From an uncultured Thermoleophilia bacterium (GTDB lineage: Bacteria; Actinomycetota; Thermoleophilia; UBA2241): DNA of 64,000 nucleotides. The stretch lies in the NCBI GenBank assembly GCA_963700035.1, contig CAVOWE010000026.1, forward strand, positions 8,732-72,731, read 5' to 3'. The notes below the pieces were generated by a model. The model was not told where the DNA came from. It saw nothing but the letters and a program-made list of their open reading frames with translations, and ran no database searches. Numbering within the stretch: the stretch's first letter is position 1; each line of letters starts with the position of its first letter. Both the position numbers and the translations under genes were made by a program. Positions 34,023-44,826 of the stretch are shown here, piece by piece.

Positions 34023-34874
34023 CTACGCCGCCCGCCGCGCCGCCGCCCGCCGCGCCAGGACCCCGCGGCGCGGCGCCGCCACGAAGGCCACCAGGAATGC
34101 GCCCGTGGCAACAAGCACGACGGCCGCTCCCGAGGCCACGTCGAGGTAGTAGCTCACGTACAGGCCGGCGACACTCGAGAGGGCGCCGATCGCGGCCGAG
34201 ACCGCCATCATGCTCGACAGCCTTCGCGTGAGCAGGTACGCCGTCGCCGCCGGCGTGACCAGCAGGGCCGCTACGAGGCCCACTCCCACGGTCTGCAAGC
34301 TGACGACGATGGTCAGCGCCAGCAGGATCAGCATGGTGAAGCGCAGGAGCTCGGGCCGCTTGCCCAGCATGTGCGCGAGCACGGGGTCGAACGAGGCCAG
34401 CTGGAACTCCTTGAACAGCACCAGCAGCGTGATCAGTACGGCGAGCCCCAGCAGACCGGTGAGCCAGAGGTCGCCGGCGGTGACGCCCAGCACGTTGCCG
34501 AAGAGGATGTGAGTGAGGTCGGTGGCGTACGAGCGCACGGTGCTGATGAGCACGACGCCGAGGGCCAGCGCCGCGGCGAAGAGGATGCCGATGGCAGTGT
34601 CTTCTTTGACGCCGCCGCGACGCGAGAAGAGGCCGATGCCGACGGCTACCACGAGCGCTGCGACGAGCGCTCCGACGAGCAGGTTGGCGCCCAGCAGATA
34701 GGCGATGGCGACCCCGGGGAGGATGGCGTGCGCCAGCGCGTCGCCGAGAAAGGCCATGGCGCGCAGCACCACGAAACAGCCGATCACCGAGCACACCACC
34801 CCGACGATCAGCGACGCGGCGAGGGCGCGCTGCATGAACTCGAGCGTGAAGGGTTCGCTGAGCCAGGCGATCAT
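34023..34874 (-). CDS. Mn/Zn ABC transporter permease (ZnuB-like)
   Basis: FMQRAL, GDALAHAILPG, EDTAIG, LFGNVL, SFDP, PAATA. Confidence 0.93.
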   Translation of the reverse strand: MIAWLSEPFTLEFMQRALAASLIVGVVCSVIGCFVVLRAMAFLGDALAHAILPGVAIAYLLGANLLVGALVAALVVAVGIGLFSRRGGVKEDTAIGILFAAALALGVVLISTVRSYATDLTHILFGNVLGVTAGDLWLTGLLGLAVLITLLVLFKEFQLASFDPVLAHMLGKRPELLRFTMLILLALTIVVSLQTVGVGLVAALLVTPAATAYLLTRRLSSMMAVSAAIGALSSVAGLYVSYYLDVASGAAVVLVATGAFLVAFVAAPRRGVLARRAAARRAA

Positions 34875-35708
34875 CGCGGCCCGGCGTGCGGCTCGTGGCT
34901 GTGTCGGTGACCCTCGCCGTCGCCGACGTGACCGGGGCAGCATTGATCGATCACGACCATGCCGTCGAGGAAGAGGGCCTGACCGCCGAACGCCGCGCCG
35001 ATGTGCTCCTGGGTGAAGACCTCGGTCGGCGGGCCGTAGGCCACCAGCCGCCCGTTCAGCAGGGCCACCAGCTCGAAACGATCGGCAGCGGTCTGCATGT
35101 CGTGGGTGCTCACGAGCACGGTGATGCGCCGCTCACGCAGCCGCTGGAGGAGGTCGAGGATCGTCTCCTTGGCGTTCACGTCCACGCCCGTGAAGGGCTC
35201 GTCGAGCAGCAGCACGTGCGGCTCCTGGGCGAGCGCCCGGGCGAGGAACACGCGCTGCTGCTGGCCGCCGGACAGCTCGCCGATGGCGCGCCCCGAGAGC
35301 TCGGCGATGCCGAGCTCGTCCAGACGAGCGCGCCACGACCTCGCGGTCGGCCGCCTGCGGGCGGCGCAGCCAGCCCATGCGGCCGTAGCGCCCCATCATC
35401 ACCACGTCGCTGACCGTGACGGGGAAGCTCCAGTCGATCTCCTCGCGCTGGGGCACGTAGGCGATGGGGTCCGCCTGGCCGCCGGGCGTGCGACCGTGCA
35501 GGAGCACGCGCCCGCCGCGCAGGGGAAGCAGGCCGACCAGAGCCTTGAACAGCGTCGACTTGCCGGCTCCGTTGGGCCCCACGATCGCCACCTGGGCGCC
35601 GTGCGGCACGTGCATGGTCACGGCGTCGAGAGCCGCCCGCCCGTTGTAGCTCACGGTGGCGTCGTCGATGGCGAGGTAGGACGGGGCTGTGCGGTCGCCG
35701 GCGATCAC
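34871..35708 (-). CDS. Mn/Zn ABC transporter ATP-binding protein (ZnuC-like); frameshift near 35330
   Basis: GPNGAGKST, YVPQR; LLLDEPFTGVD and STHD in ORF 34871..35251; His-rich tail. Confidence 0.92.
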
Positions 35709-36652
35709 TTGGCAGAGCCTCGACGATCCTCTGCGTGTCGAACTTCATCATGTCGACGTACGTCGGCGCTGCGCCGTCCGGCTGCGGTGAGCGAGTGGTC
35801 GAGCAGGTCGTCGACCACGGTGATGCCGGTCTCGGCGGCGATCTGCTGGGCGAGCTTGGGGTTCTCCTCGATCTCCACGAAGATGGCCTTGGCGCCGCTC
35901 GCGCGGATGGCCGCCGTGAGATCGCCGAGCTGCTTCGCCGTCGGCGTCTCGCCGGTGCCGACGCTGGGGATGACCGTCCCGACGACCGAGAACCCGTACC
36001 TGTCGGCGAAGTACCCGTGGCTGGCGTGGTTCATCACGAGCTTGACGGTTCGCGGCGGGGACCAGCGCGACCTGGCTCTCGATCCAGGCGTTCAGCTCGT
36101 CGAGCTGCGCCGCGTAGGCGGCGGCGTTGGCCGTCGTACTAGGCCGCCCCGTCCGGATCGGCCTTCGCGAACGCGTCGCGGATGTTGGCCACGTAGGTCT
36201 TCACGAGCACCGGGTCGAGCCAGAAGTGCGGATCCGTCTCGGAGCTCTCGAGCGGCGGCTCGCCGGGCTGCGGCGAGCGGCTCTGGAGGCCGGCGGAGGC
36301 GTCGACGATCGTCGCCTCGCCGCCGGCGTTCTCGAGCGTCTTGAGCAGCGGGCCTTCGAGGCCGCTTCCGTTGACGACCACGAGGTCGGCGGTCGCGACC
36401 TCGCGCAGGTCCGCCGGTGTGGGCTCGAACGAGTGCGGATCGGTGTCGAGGGGCACGAGCGAGCGCACCTCGAAACGGTCCCCGGCCACGTTCTGGGCGA
36501 TGTCGGCGAGAAAGCTCACGGAGGCGACGACGTCGAGCGGAGCGTTGCCGGCTGTCTCTGCCGCCTTCGTGCTCGGTACCACAGCCGGCGGCGAGCAGAA
36601 GGCCGCCGACGAGCAGGGTGAGGAGGACACGTGAGATGGTCGATCGGGTCAT
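35705..36652 (-). CDS. Mn/Zn ABC transporter substrate-binding lipoprotein (ZnuA/LraI); several frameshifts
   Basis: Lipobox LAAGC, DPHSFEP, NGSGLE, DPHFWLDP, HASHGYFADRYG. Confidence 0.9.
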
Positions 36653-37108
36653 CTTGCGTGCCCTTCGCTCGTGGGTGTCTGACCCGGCGCCGCAGGCGCC
36701 GCACAGGCCGCTGAGTTGCAGGAAGTGCTCGGTGATGCGGTAGCCGGTCTGCCGGGCGGCGGCGTCGACGACCGCGCTCATGTCGCAGTCCGTGAACTCC
36801 ATCGCCCGGCCGCAGCGGCTGCAGACCACGGTGTGGCCGTGCGCCGCGCCGGCGGGCACGAAGGCTTCGCAGTGGTCGGGCCCGTGCACGCGGCGCAGGG
36901 CGCCGATCTCACTGAGCAACTCCAGGGTGCGATACACGGTCGTCAGGCCCAGCTCGGGGCAGCGCTCGCGCGCGGCATCGAAGACCTGCACGGGGCTCAC
37001 GCTCGACGAAGCATCGGCGACCGCGTCGACCACCGCCCGCCTCTGCCGCGTGAGGCGCAGGCCACGCGCGGCGAGCGTCTCGGCGATCTGGTCGACGTCA
37101 AGGTCCAT
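36649..37108 (-). CDS. zur: Fur family regulator, probably Zur; as sequenced it reads in frame into the SBP signal peptide
   Basis: RLTRQR, TVYRTLELL, HGHTVVCSRCG, GLCGAC; heads the metal ABC operon, with a Zur-like box upstream. Confidence 0.8.
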
Positions 37109-37130
37109 GAGGGTCCTCCGGTCACCTGAA

Positions 37131-37149
37131 ACTGAAAACCGTTTTCAGT
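37131..37149. promoter_or_regulatory. Zur-type operator
   Basis: Perfect 9-1-9 palindrome ACTGAAAAC-C-GTTTTCAGT, resembling actinobacterial Zur consensus TGAAAATNATTTTCA, 22 nt upstream of the zur start. Confidence 0.85.
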
Positions 37150-37242
37150 ACGAGGCAGGGCGCAGCTTAGCAGGAGCAGGAGGTTCGTGCAATGCGCGTG
37201 GACTCGCGGGTGGCGGCGGCGGCTCGCCCGCGCGCCGTCAGG

Positions 37243-37915
37243 CTAGTGCGGTCGCGCGTACGGGCAGGCGGCGATGCAGATGCCGCAGATCTGCGCGCCC
37301 ACGGTCTCGAAGAGGGTCATCTGGTGCCGGCAGGCGGCGGCGTCGAAGAGGTCGTCGCGAGCCATGCCGGCGCGCCACTGCACGTCGCGGCCGCAGCCGG
37401 CGGGGCAGGCGTCGACGCAGGCGCGGCAGTCGCCGCACCGGCCCTCGGCGATGGCCTCGCCGACGGGCAGGTCCAGGTCGGTGAACACCGTGGCCAGGCG
37501 GACTGCCGGGCCGAACTGCGACGAGACGAAGAGGGCGGTCTTTCCGATCCAGCCGAGGCCGGCGCTCGTGGCCGCCGTCTTGTGCGGGAAGGGCCTGTGG
37601 CCGTTGCCGTCGTCTGCGCCGGTCGCCACGACCCGCTCCGCGGCGTGGCCGTGCACGCGCAGCACGTCGACGAGCGCCTCGGTGGCGTCGTCGAGCGCGA
37701 GGTTGAGGCGCAGCGTACTCCTGGTAGTAGTCCTCGGTGGGTCCGTGCCGCAGGCCCCGCACCACGAGCTGGTCGACGCGCATGAGCATCGCGATCGCGA
37801 TGGGGTAGTCGGGGGCCAGGGGCAGGCGCGGCGTGTTGGCGGCGACGCCCCAGGCGTCGATGTCTTTGGTCCTGAGCAGCTGCCCGATGGCGTGTCGGTC
37901 GAGAATGCTGAGCAT
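37243..37915 (-). CDS. 4Fe-4S double-cluster protein (QueG/epoxyqueuosine reductase-like); frameshift near 37712
   Basis: HKTAATSAGLGWIGK, FGPAVRL, CGDCRACVDACP, CGICIAACPY. Confidence 0.85.
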
Positions 37916-38220
37916 CTGGCCCCTTCCGCGGGCCGGCCGGTGGCGGCTGTCTGCCGGCGGCCGGCCTTCCCGCGTTCATCCTTGCACCCGCCGCCCGAAG
38001 CTGACAATGGACGTGACAACGGACATTTGCCGCCCGTGTTGTCCGTTCTGGCTAGCAGGGTGGCGCCGTTGTCGGCCGCGCGGAGGAGTGGAAGGGGCAC
38101 CCGCACATCGAGTCGGCAGGGCTCCGCGAAGCTTGTGCCGGATTCACAAATGCGTTTGATTTCCGTGCGAAACCGGCGATAACCCAGGAGAGAGCGACTA
38201 GCCAGAAGGAGGTGAACACC

Positions 38221-38283
38221 ATGGGTCCCGTCCCCTTCTACAAGACCAAGGTGAAGCGCGAACCGCGCCGTCGCCGCAAGTGA
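38221..38283 (+). CDS. Putative 20-aa basic small protein MGPVPFYKTKVKREPRRRRK
   Basis: Full SD AAGGAGGTGA 5 nt before ATG; genome-typical codon usage; downstream hairpin. Confidence 0.6.
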   Translation: MGPVPFYKTKVKREPRRRRK

Positions 38284-38329
38284 CGGCGAGCACGATGAAC
38301 AGGACAACCGACATCGTGTCGCCACCCGA

Positions 38330-38365
38330 GAGGGGGACGTTCCCGACGTGAGGACCGTCCCCCTC
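38330..38365. terminator. GC hairpin between the small ORF and copA (convergent)
   Basis: GAGGGGGACG...CGTCCCCCTC perfect 10-bp inverted repeat. Confidence 0.55.
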
Positions 38366-38410
38366 CTGGCGTACGGGGGGCGCCCGGCGACGGGAGGGCC
38401 TCGCGGGGTG

Positions 38411-40865
38411 TCAGACCCCGCGGAAGCGGCGGAGGCGCAGGCTGTTGGTCACGACGGTCACGCTCGACAGGCCCATGGCCGCGGCCGCGTAGATGGGGTT
38501 CAGGAGCACACCGAACGCGGGGTAGAACACGCCGGCCGCCAGCGGGATCAGCGCCACGTTGTAGGCGAACGCCCAGAAGAGGTTCTGCTTGACGATGCGG
38601 ATGGTGGCGCGCGACAGCGAGATCGCCGTGGCCACGCCCCCGAGATCGCCCGACATGAGGGTGATGTCGCTGGCCTCCATGGCGACATCGGTGCCCGTGC
38701 CGATGGCGATGCCGATGTCGGCCTGGGCGAGCGCCGGGGCGTCGTTGATGCCGTCGCCCACCATGGCCACCCGCTTGCCCTCCGCCTGGAGGGCCGCGAC
38801 CTGCGCCGCCTTCTGCCCGGGCAGCACCTCCGCCACCACCCTGTCGATGCCCACTTGGGCGGCGATGGTCGCGGCCGTCTGCCGGTTGTCGCCGGTGAGC
38901 ATGACGACCTCGAGGCCCATCTCGCGGAGCCGGCGCACGGCCGTGGCCGACCCCGTCTTGACGGTGTCGGCCACGGCGATGGCGCCGGCCGGCTCGCCGT
39001 CGATCTCCACGGTGATGAGCGTCTTGCCCTCGGCCGTGAGCTCCTCCGCCGCGTGCCTGGCCGCCGGGCCGGCGAGGCGCTCGTTGCCGGCCACGACGGC
39101 GTGCCCGTCGACCACGGCCCTGATGCCGTGACCGGCCACCGCCTCGAAGCGCTCCGCAGACGGCACCTCGAGGCCGCGCTCGGCGGCGGCCGCCAGCACC
39201 GCGGCGGCGAGCGGGTGCTCGCTGCCGCGCTCCGCGGCCGCCACCAGGCGCAGCAGGCCGTCGTTGTCCAGGCCGTGCCCGCCGCCGAAGAGCACGACGT
39301 CGGTGATGCGCGGCTTGCCTTCCGTGAGCGTCCCGGTCTTGTCGAGCACCACCGTGTCGAGCTTGTGCGCCGTCTCGAGGGCTCCGCCATCGCGGATGAG
39401 CACGCCGTTCTCGGCGCCCTTGCCGGTGCCGACCATGATGGCCGTCGGGGTGGCGAGGCCGAGGGCGCAGGGGCAGGCGATCACGAGCACGGCGACGAAG
39501 TTGAGCAGAGCGTAGTTGAGTGACGGAGAGGGACCGAGGACCAGCCAGACCACGAACGTCAGTGAAGCGACACCGATCACGGCCGGCACGAAGTACGCCG
39601 CGATGACGTCGGCGAGACGGGCGATGGGCGGCTTGGAGCCCTGGGCCTGCTCCACCAGCCTGATGATCTGCGCCAGAGCGGTCGCGGCGCCCACTTTGGT
39701 GGCGCGGAAGGTGAACGAGCCGGTGGTGTTCATGGTGGCGCCGATCACCTCGGCGCCTGTGCTCTTGAGCACCGGCATCGGCTCGCCGGTGAGCATCGCC
39801 TCGTCCACCGCCGACGAGCCGCTCACGACCACGCCGTCGACCGGCACCTTCTCGCCGGGGCGCACGACGACCAGGTCGCCCGTGACGACGTCCGCCACGG
39901 GCACATCGACCTCGGCGCCGCCGCGCTGCACGCGCGCCGTCTTGGGCTGCAGGCCGATGAGCGCCTTGATCGCGGCGCCGGTCTGCCCCTTGGCGCGCGC
40001 CTCCAGAAGGCGCCCGAACAGGATCAGCGTGATGATGAGGGCGGCGGAGTCGAAGTACATGGGCATGCTGAGGCCCTGGTGCTCGAAGAAACTCGGGAAG
40101 AGCACGCCGAGGACGCTGTAGAAGTACGCCGCCGACGAGCCCATGGCGATCAGCGTGTTCATCGTCGTGGTGCCGTGGCGCAGCGCCGCCCAGGCGGTGG
40201 TGTAGAACTGCCCGCCCACCCAGAACTGTACCGGCGTGGCCAGCGCCCACAGCACGTAGCCGTTGTGCAGCCACGCCGGGAGGAAGGGGAACCAGTCCGG
40301 CTGCATGGTGCCCGCGAAGATGACGACGCTCAGGGCGAAGCCGACGATCACCTTGAGCTTGAGCGCGCGGTACGCCGCGGCGCGCGCCGCCTCGGCGACG
40401 TCGACGGCCGACGCCGCGCCGCCCCGCGCCGGCGGCCGGCTCTTCGACCACGTCGTAGCCGGCCGCCTTGACCGCGGCAACAAGGTCGTCGCGGCTGGCC
40501 TGCCCGGGGATGTACGTGACCGTCGCCTTCTCGGTGGCCAGGTTCACGTCGGCCTTGAGCACGCCGGGCGGTTTGCGCAAGGCGCGCTCCACGCGGCTGA
40601 CGCAGCTCGCGCAGGTCATGCCCAGGATCGGCAGCGTCTCCTGCGCGGTCACCACGCCGTAGCCGGCGGCCTCCACGGCGTGCACCAGCTCGTTCGCCGA
40701 CACCACCTCCGGGTCGAAGGCGATCGTCGCCTTCTCGGTGGCGAAGTTCACCGAAGCGTCGTCCACGCCCTTGACCTTGCGCAGAGCTTTCTCGTTGCGG
40801 GCCACGCAGCTCGCGCAGGTCATGCCTGTGATGGGGAGCTCCACGGTGGTCTTCTTGTCGCTCAT
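38411..40865 (-). CDS. copA: Cu(I)-translocating P1B-type ATPase with two HMA domains; frameshift near 40440
   Basis: GMTCASC x2, [31 protein letters not shown]. Confidence 0.93.
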
Positions 40866-40952
40866 GGTCCCTCGACGATACGGCGTTCGGGGGCGCGTGC
40901 CGAGTCTGGCCGGCGCGTCCTGCCCACACATTGTGCCCGCTCTCAAACGAGT

Positions 40953-40968
40953 ATACCCCCGAGGGTAT
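40953..40968. promoter_or_regulatory. CsoR-type operator upstream of copA
   Basis: ATACCC-CCGA-GGGTAT palindrome matching CsoR consensus TACC-N-GGTA with C/G tracts. Confidence 0.8.
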
Positions 40969-41055
40969 GAGACCGCGTCGGTCGCCGCGCCTCGCGCCGC
41001 CACCTCTCGCCCGGTATGATTGCCGGCGGCACGTGGCAGGCAGGAGGACGGCAGG

Positions 41056-42357
41056 ATGGCCATCTGGGACGAGCAGCACGAATCCATCGACCGCGATGAG
41101 CTGCGGGCGCTTCAGCTCAAGCGCCTGCAGGGTATGCTCGCGCGGCTCTACACGCGCGTCCCGCACTACCGCGCGAAGCTCGACGGAGTCGGCTTCGCGC
41201 CCGGCGACCTCACGAGCCTCGACGACCTGCGCGCCCTGCCCTTCACCGACCGGACCGACTTCCGCGACAACTACCCGTGCGGGCTGTTCGCGGTGCCGAT
41301 GGACGAGGTCGTCGAGATCCACTCCTCGTCGGGGACCACCGGCAAGCCCGTGGTCGGCGGTTTCACCAAGGCCGACCTCGACACCTGGGCCGAGCTGGTC
41401 TGCCGCATAGCGGTGGCCGCCGGGGTGCGCCAGGACGACGTCGCCCAGGTGGCCTTCGGCTACGGCATGTTCACCGGCGGGTTCGGGCTGCACTACGGCC
41501 TGCAGCGCGCCGGCGCCGCCGTGCTGCCCATCAGCGCCGGCAACACGGCCCGCCAGCTCCAGTTCATGCGGGACTTCGGTACCACCGTGCTCATCGCCAC
41601 GCCGTCGTATGTGCTCTATCTCGGCGAGGTCATCCAGAAGCAGGGCGTCCCGCGGGAGGATCTCAAATTGCGTCTGGGGCTGTTCGGCGCGGAGGCCTGC
41701 GGCGAGCCGATGCGCGCGCAGATCGAGGCTCGTCTGCCCATCACGGCCACCGACAACTACGGCCTCACCGAGGTGCTGGGCCCCGGGGTCTCCGGCGAGT
41801 GCGAATGCCGCGACGGCATGCACATCGCCGAGGACCACTTCGTCGTCGAGTGTCTCGACCCGGCGAGCGGCGCTCCCGTCGCCGACGGCGAGGTGGGGGA
41901 GCTCGTGTTCAGCTCCGTCACGCGCGAGTGCTCGCCGGTGCTGCGCTACCGGACGCGCGACCTCACGACGCTCACGCACGCGCCCTGCGCCTGTGGGCGC
42001 ACCCTCGTGCGCATGGGCAAGGTCGTGGGCCGCACCGACGACATGTTCATCATCAGCGGCGTCAACATCTTCCCGTCGGCGATCGAGACGGTGCTGTTCG
42101 AGATCGAGGGCGTGGAGCCGTACTACCAGATCGTGCTCGATCGCCAGGGCTCGCTCGACACCTTCGAAGTGCACGTCGAGGTCACCGAAGCGCTCTTCGA
42201 CGGCTGGATGGACGACCTGCGCGCCTTCGAGAAGCAGGTCACGGAGCGGCTGCGCTCGGCCCTGCTCGTGCGCCCCAAGGTCAGGCTGATCGAGCCGGGC
42301 AAGCTCGAGCGCACCGAGGGCAAGGCCAAGCGGGTGATCGACAACCGGCCCCGCTGA
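41056..42357 (+). CDS. paaK: Phenylacetate--CoA ligase family protein
   Basis: HSSSGTTGKP, YGMFTGGFG, TPSY, GAE, YGLTE, RYRTRD, GRTDDM, GKAKRVID. Confidence 0.9.
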   Translation: MAIWDEQHESIDRDELRALQLKRLQGMLARLYTRVPHYRAKLDGVGFAPGDLTSLDDLRALPFTDRTDFRDNYPCGLFAVPMDEVVEIHSSSGTTGKPVVGGFTKADLDTWAELVCRIAVAAGVRQDDVAQVAFGYGMFTGGFGLHYGLQRAGAAVLPISAGNTARQLQFMRDFGTTVLIATPSYVLYLGEVIQKQGVPREDLKLRLGLFGAEACGEPMRAQIEARLPITATDNYGLTEVLGPGVSGECECRDGMHIAEDHFVVECLDPASGAPVADGEVGELVFSSVTRECSPVLRYRTRDLTTLTHAPCACGRTLVRMGKVVGRTDDMFIISGVNIFPSAIETVLFEIEGVEPYYQIVLDRQGSLDTFEVHVEVTEALFDGWMDDLRAFEKQVTERLRSALLVRPKVRLIEPGKLERTEGKAKRVIDNRPR

Positions 42358-42542
42358 GGGCGAGTCTCGAGGGCGCTGCGAGCGGGGCCCGTCCGCGTAC
42401 GGAGAACGGCCGGCGATACGAGCCCCCGCTTCGTACCGCCGGCCAAACGCGAAACCGTCTTCGAGAATCCTCTCCTCAAACCATCTCGGTCTCCTGCCAT
42501 CTCTATCGGGAGGCGACCGCGAAGGCGGGATAGAACGGTCGT

Positions 42543-44588
42543 CTAGGACGTGACGCGCAGCAGCTCGAGATAGCTGGTACTGCCTTCGAGCACCTTGTGC
42601 ACGCCGTCGTCACGCAGCGAGCCGACGCCCTTGGCGCGGGCGGCGCGCTGGATCTCAAGGACGGTGCCGCCCGTGGCGATCAGCTCCCGCAGGTCGTCGT
42701 CGACGACCAGCACCTCGTACAGGCCGATGCGTCCGCGATAGCCGGTGCCGAAGCACTTCGTGCAGCCCACGGGGTTGTACACGCGGATGCGCTTCTTGGG
42801 CGCCGCCCCCAGGCCGAGCTCCTGCCAGCGCTCGTCGCTGAGGGTCTCGGCCTCGCGGCAGTGCGGGCAGAGGCGCCGCACCAGTCGCTGCGCGACGAAG
42901 CAGCGCCAGGCCGCAGCCACCAGGTAGCGAGGCACGCCCATCTCGACGAGACGGTTGACTGCCGACGAGGCGTCGTTGGTGTGCAGCGTGCTGAACACCT
43001 GGTGGCCGGTGATCGCCGAGTCTGCCGCCATCTTGGCCGTCTCGAGGTCGCGGATCTCGCCGACCATGATCACGTCCGGGTCGGCGCGCACCAGCGAGCG
43101 CAGCGCCTGGGCGAACGTGAGCCCGATGGTCGGCCTGACCTCCGACTGGACGATGCCGGTGATCTTGCGCTCGATGGGGTCTTCGACCGTGTAGACCTTG
43201 CGTTCGGAGGTCTTGATGAGCTCGAGCGTGGTGTAGAGCGTCGTGGACTTGCCCGAGCCGGTCGGCCCGACGATGACGATGCCGCCCTCCGGGGCCTTCA
43301 GGGCAGTCTCGAAGCGCGCGAGGTTCTCGCCGACCAGCCCTAGCGACGCCAGCGTGGGGGGCAGTGGTGAGACCTCGAGGATGCGGATCGTGATGTTCTC
43401 GCCGTAGAGGCTGGGGATCGAGGCGAGGCGCAGGTCGACGGCCTCGCCGCTGGAGAGCTCGAACGTGGTGCGTCCGTCTTGCGGCAGGCGCCGCTCGGCG
43501 ATATTGAGGTTGCCCATGATCTTGAGGCGGCTGAGGATGCCGGCCTGCAACTCCCTGGGGAACTCGCGCAGATCGTGCAACACGCCGTCGATGCGGCAGC
43601 GCACGTGCAGGGAATCCTCCCGCGGCTCCAGGTGGATGTCGGAGGCGTCCATGCTGGCCGCGTCGGCGAGCAGGCTGTCGACGATCTCGACGATGCTCGC
43701 GTCGATGTCGGCGACGGCAGCGGCGGGCTCGTCGCCGTCGTCATCGCGGGCGTCCTTGAGCTTGCCGCGCGTGCTGAAGTAGATGGAGATCGCGTCGTCG
43801 AAGCCGGACTCTGTGCAGATGACCGGGACGATGCGCTTCTTGGTGCGCATGCCGACCTCGTCGACCGTGATCACGTCCAGAGGGTTCGTCATCGCAAGCA
43901 CGAGGCTGCCGCTCTCGTCGAGGCTCAAAGGAATGAGACGGCGGCGGATGATGAAGTCGCGCGGCAGGAGGCCGATGGCGCTCGCCTGCGGCGCGGTCTG
44001 GGCGAGGTCGACGACGCCGATGCGCATCTGGCCGGCGACCGCCGTGACGATGTCCTGCTCGGTCACGAGGCCCTCGTTGACCAGTACTTCGCCCAGGCGG
44101 CCTCCGTCGCTGTGCTGGCGCTTGAGGGCACCGTCCAGCTGCATCTGCGTCACGAGACCACTGGCTACCAGCAACGCTCCCAGCTTGAGGCGGCCGGCGG
44201 AGCGCTGCTTGCGCCCGCTGACCAGATTGTCGACCTTGGCGCCGAGCTCGTCCGGCGAGAACGGCTTGGTGACGAACTCCGAGGCGCCCAGACGATGCGC
44301 CCTCTCGAAGGTGGCGAAATCGCCGTTCGAGCTGAGCACGATGACCGGTACGCCGCGCAGTTCGGCGTCGGTGCTCACGATCCGCAGGAGCTCGAACGCG
44401 TCGAACGTGGTGAGGTCGAGGTCGAGGATGATGGCGGCGGGCGGCCGCTCGCGGAGCACCTTGGGTGTCCCCGGGTCGCCGAGATTGACGACGACGGCGT
44501 ACGAACCGGCGAAGTGGTGCGCGAGCTGGTCGCGCAGATCGGTGTCGTCGTTGATGATCGCCAGGGTGTTCTTGGCAGCGCTCGGCAT
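42543..44588 (-). CDS. GspE/PilB family secretion ATPase with N-terminal receiver and MshEN domains
   Basis: REC (NDD..IILD..LSS..TKPF); MshEN motifs KLGALLVASGLV../RLGEVLVNEGLV; ASDIH, ERRLPQDG, GPTGSGKS, TVEDP, GEIRD, STLHTND, CxxC..CxxC. Confidence 0.9.
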   Translation of the reverse strand: MPSAAKNTLAIINDDTDLRDQLAHHFAGSYAVVVNLGDPGTPKVLRERPPAAIILDLDLTTFDAFELLRIVSTDAELRGVPVIVLSSNGDFATFERAHRLGASEFVTKPFSPDELGAKVDNLVSGRKQRSAGRLKLGALLVASGLVTQMQLDGALKRQHSDGGRLGEVLVNEGLVTEQDIVTAVAGQMRIGVVDLAQTAPQASAIGLLPRDFIIRRRLIPLSLDESGSLVLAMTNPLDVITVDEVGMRTKKRIVPVICTESGFDDAISIYFSTRGKLKDARDDDGDEPAAAVADIDASIVEIVDSLLADAASMDASDIHLEPREDSLHVRCRIDGVLHDLREFPRELQAGILSRLKIMGNLNIAERRLPQDGRTTFELSSGEAVDLRLASIPSLYGENITIRILEVSPLPPTLASLGLVGENLARFETALKAPEGGIVIVGPTGSGKSTTLYTTLELIKTSERKVYTVEDPIERKITGIVQSEVRPTIGLTFAQALRSLVRADPDVIMVGEIRDLETAKMAADSAITGHQVFSTLHTNDASSAVNRLVEMGVPRYLVAAAWRCFVAQRLVRRLCPHCREAETLSDERWQELGLGAAPKKRIRVYNPVGCTKCFGTGYRGRIGLYEVLVVDDDLRELIATGGTVLEIQRAARAKGVGSLRDDGVHKVLEGSTSYLELLRVTS

Positions 44589-44826
44589 AGGGACCTCCCG
44601 CGTGGTCGCAGGAGTAGTCTAGCGCATGGGCGGGACGCGGCGAGGTGGACGTTCATCCAGGGGACGTACGCTCGGCGCGCAGAGAGAGAAAAGTGCCGGG
44701 CCGGCGGGGGCCTTCACGCGGATGCGGGCTGTCCGTGTATCTATCGAAGGAGACCGGCCCGGCTGAGAGAGAGGATCAGATGCCGGGCCGAAGCCCGGTG
44801 AGTAGTCCTTTCCGGTCTGTGAACGG

